DNA of 29,187 bases from Blastocatellia bacterium (GCA_013695495.1 JACDAK010000139.1:1-29187), one strand, 5' to 3'. Counted from the stretch's first letter, positions 1 through 9,030 are shown. The notes: generated by a model not told the origin, from the letters alone. A program made the numbers and translations.

Positions 1-2
1 TC

Positions 3-455
3 GTTATTTCGATGACGGTGCGAAAAGTCATTGCAACCGTTAAGAATGTCGAGGAGCGTGTTGAGCCCCTGATCGGCAAAGTCAACGAGATCAGCGCTCA
101 AGGAAGAGAGATCTCGGTGCATTTTACTGAAGTTTCCGCCAACCTTTCGACGGCCACTAGATATTTGGCTGAGTCGACGGAATTGGTCAAGGACGAGGTT
201 GCCGAACTCAAGATGCTTGTCGGTGATACTGCGGTGACTGCGCGCGACAAGGTCGATCTTGTCAGCAGAACGATCGACCGAACGCAAATGCAGGTAATTG
301 ACACGACGGACTATGTTCAATCAAAAATCGTCATACCTGCGCGCGAGATAGCCGCGGTGATGGCCGGTGTGAAAAAAGGGCTTGAAGTGCTCTTCGCCCC
401 CGCGCCAAAGCGGATCGACCGCGCATACACGGAAGACGATATGTTCATTGGCTGA
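3..455 (+). CDS. Hypothetical protein, DUF948/YoxC-like coiled-coil; 5'-truncated by window edge
   Basis: Frame is open from base 3 (GTT ATT TCG ATG...) to TGA at 453-455. Amphipathic helical repeats (RKVIATVKNVEERVEPLIGKVNEIS). Followed by an intrinsic terminator. Family call is by resemblance only. Confidence 0.55.
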   Translation, partial: VISMTVRKVIATVKNVEERVEPLIGKVNEISAQGREISVHFTEVSANLSTATRYLAESTELVKDEVAELKMLVGDTAVTARDKVDLVSRTIDRTQMQVIDTTDYVQSKIVIPAREIAAVMAGVKKGLEVLFAPAPKRIDRAYTEDDMFIG

Positions 456-481
456 TCTCAAGTGCGTTGAAAGAGCAAAGC

Positions 482-519
482 AAGGGTTCCGACGTCGAAA
501 GACACGGAGCCCTTTTTTT
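482..519 (+). terminator. Intrinsic terminator for the first gene
   Basis: AAGGGTTCCG...CGGAGCCCTT stem with an inner GTC-GAAA-GAC tetraloop hairpin, followed by a T7 run. Confidence 0.8.
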
Positions 520-522
520 CGC

Positions 523-546
523 AAAAAAAGCGGCCCGGAGGCCGCT
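523..546 (-). terminator. Intrinsic terminator for the Spy/CpxP gene
   Basis: AGCGGC-CCGGAG-GCCGCT hairpin preceded on + by A7 (T7 on -). Sits back-to-back with the + strand terminator. Confidence 0.75.
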
Positions 547-570
547 AAACAAAGGAGTACGAATACTGAA

Positions 571-1122
571 CTAACTTCTGCTCGGTGTTGACTGCTGCCG
601 CTGCTGCCGGCGTTCCTGCATTTTCTGCATTCTTTCCTGCATACGCTGCTGCATTTCCTGACGGCGTGTTTCAAGCTGAGCTCTCTGCTCCGCCGTTAAA
701 ATCGCTTCCATTTGGACGCGAACTGTTTCGCGATGCTGACGCGACTGTGCACGAAGTACCTCGGCACGGGCCTTCTGCTCGTCGGTAACCGTACCGGCAC
801 GGCGTGCCTGCATTATCGAGCGCATTTCCTCGCGGACTGCCGCATCGGGACGATTAGCTTCACGGATCGTGTTGATCTGCTCTTTTTGAGCATCCGTCAG
901 CTCTAGGCCTCGAAAGCCCATACCGCCACGCATACCGCGAAACCCGGCTTTACCGCCGCGCTTATGCATACCTTCACGCTTTGCTCCACGTTCGGCCTTC
1001 TGACGTTTTTCTACCCCGGCTGCACCGGTTACCGTTGTATCCTGTGCTGAGCCGGAAACGGCGAAAGACCCGACCGCAGCAGCCAGCGTAAAACCTGCGA
1101 GTACTTTATTTTTTAATGTCAT
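571..1122 (-). CDS. Spy/CpxP family periplasmic chaperone (LTXXQ motif protein)
   Basis: Signal peptide (MTLKNKVLAGFTLAAAVGSFAVSGSA). Two LTXXQ motifs (LELTDAQKEQI, ILTAEQRAQL). G/M/R-rich linker, Q/R-rich tail, GAGGT SD. Confidence 0.85.
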   Translation of the reverse strand: MTLKNKVLAGFTLAAAVGSFAVSGSAQDTTVTGAAGVEKRQKAERGAKREGMHKRGGKAGFRGMRGGMGFRGLELTDAQKEQINTIREANRPDAAVREEMRSIMQARRAGTVTDEQKARAEVLRAQSRQHRETVRVQMEAILTAEQRAQLETRRQEMQQRMQERMQKMQERRQQRQQSTPSRS

Positions 1123-1221
1123 CTTGTTTTACCTCATTTCGAATGATTTGGCTTTCGCCATTGTTTATTTTTGATGCAGCAGCCATGTAATTAGCCGAAA
1201 GATATTGTAAAGAAACGCAAA

Positions 1222-1248
1222 ACATCCACGGGCGGTCGAGTACCGAAT
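1222..1248 (+). promoter_or_regulatory. Candidate SigK-type ECF promoter upstream of dxs
   Basis: ACATCC(1222-1227)-N15-CCGAAT(1243-1248). One mismatch to the mycobacterial SigK consensus CCATCC-N15-CCGAAT as I recall it. A SigK/RskA-like pair lies downstream. Confidence 0.5.
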
Positions 1249-1259
1249 ACGGCTACAGA

Positions 1260-1288
1260 TTGAACAAAGGCGGCTGAAAAGCTAAAAT
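1260..1288 (+). promoter_or_regulatory. Sigma70-type promoter for dxs
   Basis: TTGAAC(1260-1265)-N17-TAAAAT(1283-1288). Predicted TSS near 1295. Confidence 0.6.
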
Positions 1289-1292
1289 CGAG

Positions 1293-1312
1293 CCTTTGAT
1301 CCGGATCAAAGG
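1293..1312. promoter_or_regulatory. Perfect 20-bp palindrome containing an FNR/Crp-Fnr-family box
   Basis: CCTTTGATCCGGATCAAAGG. The core TTGAT-CCGG-ATCAA (1296-1309) equals the FNR consensus TTGAT-N4-ATCAA and overlaps the predicted TSS. Confidence 0.6.
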
Positions 1313-1324
1313 GAATTATCGAAA

Positions 1325-3250
1325 ATGAGATTTTTGAATGAGATCAACTCGCCCGCAGACCTGAGGCGACTTCGCGTAGAAGACCTGCAAGAGGTTGCGG
1401 ACGAGGTACGGCAATTCATCATCGACACCTGCTCGCGTGTCGGCGGTCACACCGGTGCTTCGCTCGGTGCCGTCGAACTTGCCGTCGCGATGCACTACGT
1501 ATTTGATACTCCGAATGACCGCCTCGTATGGGACGTCGGCCATCAGGCCTATGCACACAAGATATTGACGGGTCGTCGCGATGATCTTCATACGATCAAG
1601 CAGTATGGCGGCCTGTCGGGTTTCCTGCGGCGCGAAGAATCAGATTATGACACGTTCGGTGCAGGGCACGCATCGACTTCGCTCTCGGCGGCGCTGGGCA
1701 TGGCAGTCGCGCGAGATCAAAAAGACGAGGATTTTCACGTTTGTGCACTTATCGGCGATTCGTCCCTAGCCGGCGGTATGGCGATGGAAGCCATCAACCA
1801 GGCGGGGCATCTAAAATCGCGGCTGATCGTGTTACTGAATGACAATGAAATGTCCATCGCACCCGCGGTCGGGGCCCTTAGCGGCTATCTTAATAGGATC
1901 AAGGAAGCTCAAAGCTATCAGCATATAAAAGAAGAGATCGGCGATGCGCTTGAGAGCGTTCCCGGCATCGGCGAGACCCTGCGTCGTGCAGCGAAATCCG
2001 TAAAAGATGCCATCGCCGCTGCGGTCCTGCCGGGTGCTCTGGTTAATGAGCTTGGTTTTAAATACATAGGATATGTCGACGGCCACAACGTTCCAATGCT
2101 TGTACGTGCGCTCGAGTCGGCAAAACTCGTCGACGACGGCCCGGTAATCGTCCACGCATTAACAACGAAAGGCAAGGGCTTTCCTAATCCGGAGAAGAAT
2201 TATTACGCGTACCATGCGACGGGACCATTCGATCCTGAAACGGGCCTGCCGTTCAAGTCTGGCAAAGCGACGGCGCCTACTTACACGAGCGTTTTTGGTA
2301 ACACGCTTTGCGAGTTGATGGAACGCGATGACAAGATCGTTGCCCTGACGGCCGCCATGCCGGATGGGACGGGGATCGACAAGCCGCTCGAAAAATTTCC
2401 AGACCGCACGTTCGATGTTGGAATCGCCGAACAGCACGCTGTGACGTTTTGCGCAGGGATGGCATGTGAAGGGCTCAAGCCAGTGGCGGCGATCTACTCC
2501 ACATTTCTGCAGCGCGGGTTTGACCAGGTCATTCATGATGTTTGCCTGCAGAACCTGAATGTTACCTTTGCGATGGATAGAGCCGGCATCGCAGGTGCTG
2601 ACGGCCCGACTCACCATGGCCTTCTCGACATTGCGTACCTACGCGGTTATCCGAACATTGTTCTGATGGCGCCGCGGCATGAGGGCGAACTGCGAGACAT
2701 GATGCTCACGGCCATCGAGCATGACGGGCCGGCCGCTTTGCGCTACCCTCGGGGCAACGGTGAAGGCGTCGACATCGCCCGAGCACCCGAAAAACTCGAG
2801 ATCGGTAAAGGCGAAGTCCTTCGCGAAGGCGAGGACGTCGCCATTGTGGCCATCGGCTCGATGGTTACGCCCGCACTTGAGGCGGCCGAGAGATTGAAAA
2901 AAGTCGGGATCGATGCAACCGTTGTGAACGCGCGCTTCGTTAAACCTTTGGACGAAGCGCTGTTGACCGGGCTCGTCGACGATCATCGCCTTATCATCAC
3001 AGTAGAAGAAGCATATCTCGCCGGCGGGTTTGGCTCGGCGGTTATGGAACTTCTCGAAGAGAAAGGATTGCAGCAAAACGTAAAAGTTGTGAGAATGGGA
3101 GTGCCTGACCGAATTGTGACTCACGGTGAGGCCACGCTGCTCCTGGCAAAATTCGGCCTTGATGCCGACGGCATATATCTCAAGGCTAAAGAGGCGCACC
3201 AGGCACTTGAACCCAAGCTGTCAACCTCCAAGCTTCGTGCGGTAAAATAG
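1325..3250 (+). CDS. dxs: 1-deoxy-D-xylulose-5-phosphate synthase
   Basis: WDVGHQAYAHKILTGRR, FGAGHASTSLS, TPP motif GDSSLAGGMAMEAINQ...LNDNEMSI, DVGIAEQHAV, AIYSTFLQRGFDQ, DGPTHHG. Confidence 0.97.
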   Translation: MRFLNEINSPADLRRLRVEDLQEVADEVRQFIIDTCSRVGGHTGASLGAVELAVAMHYVFDTPNDRLVWDVGHQAYAHKILTGRRDDLHTIKQYGGLSGFLRREESDYDTFGAGHASTSLSAALGMAVARDQKDEDFHVCALIGDSSLAGGMAMEAINQAGHLKSRLIVLLNDNEMSIAPAVGALSGYLNRIKEAQSYQHIKEEIGDALESVPGIGETLRRAAKSVKDAIAAAVLPGALVNELGFKYIGYVDGHNVPMLVRALESAKLVDDGPVIVHALTTKGKGFPNPEKNYYAYHATGPFDPETGLPFKSGKATAPTYTSVFGNTLCELMERDDKIVALTAAMPDGTGIDKPLEKFPDRTFDVGIAEQHAVTFCAGMACEGLKPVAAIYSTFLQRGFDQVIHDVCLQNLNVTFAMDRAGIAGADGPTHHGLLDIAYLRGYPNIVLMAPRHEGELRDMMLTAIEHDGPAALRYPRGNGEGVDIARAPEKLEIGKGEVLREGEDVAIVAIGSMVTPALEAAERLKKVGIDATVVNARFVKPLDEALLTGLVDDHRLIITVEEAYLAGGFGSAVMELLEEKGLQQNVKVVRMGVPDRIVTHGEATLLLAKFGLDADGIYLKAKEAHQALEPKLSTSKLRAVK

Positions 3251-3257
3251 AATCAAA

Positions 3258-4061
3258 ATGAAGAAACAGGAACCTAAAAGCGGCGGAATGCCGCTCGTGA
3301 TTATCGGCAGTGTTTTGGTAATTGCGGTGCTAGCCGGTATCTGGCTTTACTCGTCATCTTCTTCGTCGGCCGTTCCCGGCGGCGCAAACAACATGAGTGC
3401 TGCCAACTCGGCAAAAACGGCTCCGGCCAATGCTCCTCCCGGTGCGCCGATCGGCGTCAACATGATGGGGTCGCCGACTGCAACTGTCACGGTCGAGGAA
3501 TTTGCGGATTACCAGTGTGGAAGCTGCGCTGCGGCACATCCGATAATGAAGGAGATCAAGTCCGTTTACGGAAGCCGCATCCAGTTCATCTATCGTCACT
3601 TTCCACTTCAGATGCACGACAAGGCGTATGACGCATCGATCATAACTGAGGCCGCGGGGCTCCAGGGGGCGACAAAGTTTTGGCAGATGCAGGATCAGCT
3701 CTTTTCCACACAACATCTTTGGACCAACAACCCAAACTATCGCGAAATGTGGATGGGTTACGCTGAGAAGATCGGTCTCGACATGGAAAAATTGAAAGCT
3801 GACGTAAATAGCATGCAGGCGCGTTCACGCGTTGACGCCGACCTCCAGCGTGGCCATGGAATGGGCGTGACTTCAACACCGACGATTTATCTAAACGGGC
3901 GTGCTGTGCCGTATCATATGGTTAATGTGCAATCGATGCGTCAGCTGATCGACGCCGAACTCCAAGCGACCGCTAAACCTGCCGAGACACCCTCGGCACC
4001 TCCGGCTGCGAGCAGCGGTGCTGCTGCTCCATCTGCAGCTAACACGACCGAACAGAAATGA
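3258..4061 (+). CDS. Membrane-anchored DsbA/thioredoxin-fold disulfide oxidoreductase
   Basis: N-terminal TM segment. EFADYQCGSC CxxC motif, YRHFPL, cis-Pro loop GVTSTPTIYLNG. Confidence 0.88.
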   Translation: MKKQEPKSGGMPLVIIGSVLVIAVLAGIWLYSSSSSSAVPGGANNMSAANSAKTAPANAPPGAPIGVNMMGSPTATVTVEEFADYQCGSCAAAHPIMKEIKSVYGSRIQFIYRHFPLQMHDKAYDASIITEAAGLQGATKFWQMQDQLFSTQHLWTNNPNYREMWMGYAEKIGLDMEKLKADVNSMQARSRVDADLQRGHGMGVTSTPTIYLNGRAVPYHMVNVQSMRQLIDAELQATAKPAETPSAPPAASSGAAAPSAANTTEQK

Positions 4062-4525
4062 ATCAAGGCTCAGAGGTCAACGACATTGCGGGTGGGCCAT
4101 CGGTCAAATTGGCCGTTATCGCGGCCGTCGTTGCGTTGATCGGCCTCGCCGATTCGGTTTACCTCACCGTACACCATTTCACCGCCGCCCCCGTGCCCTG
4201 CAGTCTCATTGCGGGCTGCGAGACGGTATTGACCAGCCCGTATGCCGAGATCGCCGGCGTTCCGCTGGCCGCCTTCGGTGCGGCCGCGTACTTCGCAGCG
4301 TTTTCTCTGGCTGTACTTGCAGCGTACGGCAATCGGTTTGCATGGCTGCTGTTCGGCCTTCAGGTAGCCGGCATGGCTCTTTTTACCCTATGGCTGCTAT
4401 ATCTACAGGCGTTTGTACTTCAGGCGTTCTGCCAGTTTTGTCTCATCTCTGCCGCAACGACGTTCGGTTTGCTCATCACTTTCGTGATCTCTAAGTTTTC
4501 CGGCCGTCGCACGCATCATATTTAA
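4058..4525 (+). CDS. Vitamin K epoxide reductase (VKOR) family protein, DsbB alternative
   Basis: Loop cysteines CSLIAGC, VLTSPYA, GVPLAAFG, active-site CQFC. ATGA overlap with the dsbA-like gene. Confidence 0.9.
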   Translation: MNQGSEVNDIAGGPSVKLAVIAAVVALIGLADSVYLTVHHFTAAPVPCSLIAGCETVLTSPYAEIAGVPLAAFGAAAYFAAFSLAVLAAYGNRFAWLLFGLQVAGMALFTLWLLYLQAFVLQAFCQFCLISAATTFGLLITFVISKFSGRRTHHI

Positions 4526-4550
4526 AACCAATCTAACGCCGGGGCCGAAT

Positions 4551-4608
4551 ACATCCATACAACAGAGCGGTTCGCGAACCGTATTTGTTGTCACCCTAAA
4601 TCGGATGT
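4551..4608. other. Nested inverted-repeat structure between VKOR and the ECF sigma gene
   Basis: ACATCC/GGATGT outer arms, ACAACAGA/TTTGTTGT middle arms, and a perfect 14-bp palindrome CGGTTCGCGAACCG (4568-4581). Confidence 0.55.
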
Positions 4609-4668
4609 GGTCAGCGCTTGGCAACAGGAAGCAAAATAAGGTAGTTTAGAGATACTTAGCCTGAAATT

Positions 4669-5232
4669 ATGGTATCCCAAACTATCCTGGAGCGAGTAGC
4701 TGACGGTGATCAGACTGCGGTACAGGACTGCCTTAAAACATACGGCGGCCTGGTGTGGTCGCTTGCTCGGCGAATGCTGCGCAACTCAGAAGACGCCGAG
4801 GACGCAGTACAGGAGATCTTCGTCGATGTGTGGAAGAACGCAGCCCGGTTTGACGGCACGCAGGCGTCAGAAACCACCTTCGTCGCGATGATCGCACGTC
4901 GCCGGTTGATCGACAGAATCCGGCACTTGCAGCGTAGACCTGCACCCGATTCGCTAGAAGACATGTTGACAGAGCCGGCGAACACCGCAGACCGCGAGAT
5001 GCAGATTTCGCTGGAAGCACGCGAGGCGTTCGACGCACTACGTGAGCTGCGGCCCGAACAGCGAAAAGTTTTGCAGCTTTCTATCGTGCAGGGACTTTCG
5101 CATCAGGAGATCGCAGATGCAACGGGGATGCCCTTGGGCACCGTCAAAACACATGCTCGCCGAGGCATTATTCAGGCGAGAGAGATAATGGGAATCGGAA
5201 ATACTAATTCTGGAAAGGAGGTGTCAGCATGA
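4669..5232 (+). CDS. ECF RNA polymerase sigma factor, SigK-like
   Basis: Region 2 DAEDAVQEIFVDVWKNAARFD and region 4 GLSHQEIADATGMPLGTVKTHARRG. 187 aa. Confidence 0.9.
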   Translation: MVSQTILERVADGDQTAVQDCLKTYGGLVWSLARRMLRNSEDAEDAVQEIFVDVWKNAARFDGTQASETTFVAMIARRRLIDRIRHLQRRPAPDSLEDMLTEPANTADREMQISLEAREAFDALRELRPEQRKVLQLSIVQGLSHQEIADATGMPLGTVKTHARRGIIQAREIMGIGNTNSGKEVSA

Positions 5233-6065
5233 ACAATGTAGATGAAGTAAGAATGCTGGACCTCCTTATCCAGCAAGCAACATACGGCCTATCTGATGAA
5301 GAGGCGCGTGAACTTGCGCAGCTCGAATCCGCGTCGCCCTCAGGAGCAGACAACAGCATTGAGTTGACCGCAGCCGCGGTCTCGATGGTAGGGATCGATC
5401 AAAGTGCCGAAATGCCGTCGCACCTTAGAGCTATTATCACAGCCGATGCGGCAAGGTATTTTGACGAGCAGGACGATGCCAGACGAGCCGCAACGCCGGT
5501 CGTTTCAGGCGGCGACACTGCGAACACAGGATCGTTCTGGAACTCGCTTGGGTGGCTGGTTGCTGCAGCAGCCTGCATTGCACTCGCGGTAAATCTCTAC
5601 ACAACACGGCAAGGTTCGGAGATCGCTGCAGTTCCGACACCCACGCCCGAGGTGGAGCGAGTTCTCACCCCGGCCGAGCAGCGTCAGCAGCTGCTTGCCA
5701 GTGCACCCGATGTTACGACTGCCGCCGTGGCGAAAGGGAATGTGCCCGAGATCGAAGACGTGACCGGCGACATTGTCTGGAGCGATCAGGCCCAGGCAGG
5801 TTACGTTCGCGTTCGCGGCTTGCCGGCTAATGACCCGACGCGTGAGATTTATCAGCTCTGGATCTTCGAAGAGAGTCAAGGCGATAAGACACCGATTGAC
5901 GGCGGCATTTTTGACATCAACGAGGAGGGCGAAGCGATAATTCCGATCGACGCCCGGCTGAAGACTCAGAACCCCGGCTTATTTGCCATCACGATCGAGC
6001 GACCCGGCGGCGTGGTCGTCTCAGACAGAAAACGGATCGCCGCACTGGCCAAGAATGAAACCTAG
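5229..6065 (+). CDS. RskA-family anti-sigma factor
   Basis: ATGA overlap with the sigma gene. N-terminal cytoplasmic domain, TM (WLVAAAACIALAV), C-terminal YQLW and FAITIERPGG motifs typical of RskA. Confidence 0.85.
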   Translation: MNNVDEVRMLDLLIQQATYGLSDEEARELAQLESASPSGADNSIELTAAAVSMVGIDQSAEMPSHLRAIITADAARYFDEQDDARRAATPVVSGGDTANTGSFWNSLGWLVAAAACIALAVNLYTTRQGSEIAAVPTPTPEVERVLTPAEQRQQLLASAPDVTTAAVAKGNVPEIEDVTGDIVWSDQAQAGYVRVRGLPANDPTREIYQLWIFEESQGDKTPIDGGIFDINEEGEAIIPIDARLKTQNPGLFAITIERPGGVVVSDRKRIAALAKNET

Positions 6066-6185
6066 ACGGCTTCGCTGCGTAGAATCTATAGAGCTAATAA
6101 CAGATGGCGCCTGAACTGTGTCTGAAAAGGGCGCGGTGTGTGCGCCAGATTCGCCATTCCGATCACAAATCTAAAGGAGTTAGCA

Positions 6186-8978
6186 ATGCGAATGAAGCGG
6201 ATTTTTGCAGGCCTGTTTTTGATGTCCCTTGTAATGACAACGAACATGTTTGCACAGAGCAATAACCGTCTACCCTCTCTAGCGGTCAAGGAGTACAAAC
6301 TGAAGAACGGCCTTCGGGTGATCCTACACGAAGACAAAACAACGCCGATCGTGGCGGTGAACCTGTGGTATCATGTGGGATCCAAGAACGAGGTCGTGGG
6401 CCGCACGGGATTTGCGCATCTCTTTGAGCATCTTATGTTCCAAGGCTCAAAGAACTACAACGACGATTATTTCAAGCCCCTGCAAGAAGTCGGAGCCACG
6501 ATCAACGGCTCGACCAATCCCGATAGAACAAACTACTTCCAATCGGTTCCATCAAACTTTCTGGAACTCGCTTTGTTCATGGAAGCTGACCGCCTCGGCG
6601 GGCTGCTCGAGGCCATGACACAGGAAAAGCTTGACAACCAGCGCGACGTCGTGAAGAACGAACGCCGCCAGCGTTACGACAATCAGCCTTACGGCACTGC
6701 TTTCGAAAAGATCTTCGCAACGCTCTATCCTAAGGATCATCCTTACAACTGGACGACGATCGGCTCGCTAGAAGATCTTTCCGCAGCTTCGATGGATGAT
6801 GTTAAATCATTCTTCCGCCAGTACTATGTGCCGAACAACGCTTCATTGGTGATCTCTGGTGATTTCGATGAAAAGCTCGCTCGCACGTGGGTAGAAAAGT
6901 ATTTCGGCCCTATTCCCGCCGGCGGCGAGATAAAGCGCCCCAACCACGCTATTCCAAAGATAGATGGCGAAATGCGTGCTTCCTACGAAGACGCAGTCCA
7001 ACTGCCCCGGCTTTATATGGTGTGGATGGGGTCACCGGCATACTCGGCGGACGAACCTGCTCTCGACATCATGAGCTACATTCTGTCGAATGGCCGCGGT
7101 TCAAGGCTTCAAAACAGTCTGATTCATGACAAGCAGCTTGCTCAAAACGTGAACTCCAGCAATTATGCGCTTGAGATGAGCGGCAAATTCATCGTTCAAG
7201 CCACGGCTTCCCGCGGCAAGACCCTTGCGGACATCGAAAAAGAGATCATCGCGGAGATTGAAAAACTCAAATCAACACCGCCGACCGCTGACGAGATCAA
7301 TCGTGCAAAAAACTCTATCGAGGCACAAACGATCTACGGCATGCAGACCGTACTCGGCAAGGCAGACCGTTTCAATGGCTACGCGACCTACACCGGAAAG
7401 CCGAACTACTTCCAAGCCGACATCGACCGCTATCAGAAAGTGACGGCTGCGGACGTTCATCGTGTGGCCCGCAACTATCTGAACGCCAACCGACTCGTGA
7501 TGGAAATTGTTCCGCGAACGTCTGCTGTCACATCCCAGGCAGGCGGCGCAGTCAACGAACCAACGTCGACAGCTACGGAGAAAGAGGACGTAGACGATAC
7601 GGATTACTCAAAGAACCTGCCGAAACCTCAGCCCGACCCGAAGTTTTCGCTTCCCACGATCGGTAAGCACAAGCTGAAGAACGGAATGAACGTTTGGATC
7701 GTAGAGCGACATCATCTGCCGATCGTTTCGATGAACTTGGTGATCGACGCAGGCGGAACTCTCGACCCCGATGATCGCTCGGGACTCGCATCGATGACAG
7801 CGAGCCTCATGGACACCGGCACCAAATCGCGTTCGGCCGAAGACATTGCAAATGTTCGCCAAACGCTCGGCACATCGTTAAACACAGGTTCCGGTTGGGA
7901 CGGTGCAAGCGTTTCGATGCAGACTCTTGCTAAGAATATCGACGCGTCGCTCGATCTTTTCGCGGACGTCGTCGTCAACCCGACCTTCCCTGAAAACGAA
8001 CTCGAAACGCTTCGCCGGCGAAGCCTTGTCGGACTCTTACAGCGCCGCGACAATCCCAACGCGATCGCAAACGTTGCTTACAATGCCCTCCTCTACGGCA
8101 AAGATCATCCCTATGGACGCTCGCTCGGCGGTGATGAAGCTTCGATCAAGGCTGTAACCAAAGCAGACCTCGAAAAGTTTTATTCTACGTATTTCCGGCC
8201 AAACAACTCAACGCTGGTTGTTGTCGGCGACACGACCGCTAAGACGTTGCTTCCAAAACTGGAAAAAGCTTTCGCGGGCTGGGAGCCAGCAAATGTGCCG
8301 AATCGAACAGTTCCGGAAAGCGTTTCGTTCGACCAGGCAGGCATTTACCTGATCGACAAACCCGGTGCGGCACAGTCAGTGGTAACGATCGGGCACGTTG
8401 GCGTCGCTCGCGACAACCCCGACTACTTCCCGCTGATGGTGATGAACTCTATTCTCGGCGGCCAGTTTTCGGCCCGCGTGAACATGAACCTCCGCGAAGA
8501 CAAAGGCTACACGTATGGTGCTCGCACCGGGTGGAACTTCCGCCGCGGAGCGGGTCCCTTCTCAGCTTCGGCTGACGTGCAGACCGCCGTTACAAAAGAG
8601 TCCGTCATGGAATTCATGAAGGAGCTCACGGGCATCCGCGGCGGCATTCCGGTCACGGCGGCTGAGCTCGAATACAGCAAGCAGAGTTTGATCCGACGCT
8701 ATCCGGCCGGATTCGAAACCAACGGCCAAACCGCAGGTCAGCTTGCCAATCTGGTGACCTATAACCTCTCCGATTCGTATTTCAACGAATATATCGGCAA
8801 GGTCCGGGCAGTTTCGCTCGCCGATGTAAATCGCGTCGCGAACCGATATCTGCAGCCCGATCGGATGGCGATACTCATTGTTGGCGACAAGAACGTGATC
8901 GAGCCACGGCTAAAGGAGATAGACGGTTGGGGTAGCAAGATCAAATATCTTGATGCTGACGGCGACCCGATTGAATAA
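6186..8978 (+). CDS. M16 (pitrilysin/insulinase) family zinc protease, secreted, fused two-module type
   Basis: AAGGAG SD before ATG 6186. Signal peptide. Inverted zinc motif AHLFEHLMF (HXXEH). Second module lacks the motif; LREDKGYTYG is present. Confidence 0.92.
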   Translation: MRMKRIFAGLFLMSLVMTTNMFAQSNNRLPSLAVKEYKLKNGLRVILHEDKTTPIVAVNLWYHVGSKNEVVGRTGFAHLFEHLMFQGSKNYNDDYFKPLQEVGATINGSTNPDRTNYFQSVPSNFLELALFMEADRLGGLLEAMTQEKLDNQRDVVKNERRQRYDNQPYGTAFEKIFATLYPKDHPYNWTTIGSLEDLSAASMDDVKSFFRQYYVPNNASLVISGDFDEKLARTWVEKYFGPIPAGGEIKRPNHAIPKIDGEMRASYEDAVQLPRLYMVWMGSPAYSADEPALDIMSYILSNGRGSRLQNSLIHDKQLAQNVNSSNYALEMSGKFIVQATASRGKTLADIEKEIIAEIEKLKSTPPTADEINRAKNSIEAQTIYGMQTVLGKADRFNGYATYTGKPNYFQADIDRYQKVTAADVHRVARNYLNANRLVMEIVPRTSAVTSQAGGAVNEPTSTATEKEDVDDTDYSKNLPKPQPDPKFSLPTIGKHKLKNGMNVWIVERHHLPIVSMNLVIDAGGTLDPDDRSGLASMTASLMDTGTKSRSAEDIANVRQTLGTSLNTGSGWDGASVSMQTLAKNIDASLDLFADVVVNPTFPENELETLRRRSLVGLLQRRDNPNAIANVAYNALLYGKDHPYGRSLGGDEASIKAVTKADLEKFYSTYFRPNNSTLVVVGDTTAKTLLPKLEKAFAGWEPANVPNRTVPESVSFDQAGIYLIDKPGAAQSVVTIGHVGVARDNPDYFPLMVMNSILGGQFSARVNMNLREDKGYTYGARTGWNFRRGAGPFSASADVQTAVTKESVMEFMKELTGIRGGIPVTAAELEYSKQSLIRRYPAGFETNGQTAGQLANLVTYNLSDSYFNEYIGKVRAVSLADVNRVANRYLQPDRMAILIVGDKNVIEPRLKEIDGWGSKIKYLDADGDPIE

Positions 8979-8994
8979 TTGGTTTTGCAACCAT

Positions 8995-9030
8995 CTGCCG
9001 CGGCATCGAAAGTTTTCAGTGCCGCGGCAG
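8995..9030. repeat. Two copies of the palindrome TGCCGCGGCA (11-bp inverted repeat) after the M16 gene
   Basis: TGCCGCGGCA at 8996-9005 and 9020-9029, 14-nt spacer, no T-tract. Confidence 0.7.

Noticed and set aside
600-665. Short tandem-like repeats (CTGCAT units)
   Set aside because: They encode the Q/E/R/M-rich tail of Spy. Not a CRISPR array or VNTR.
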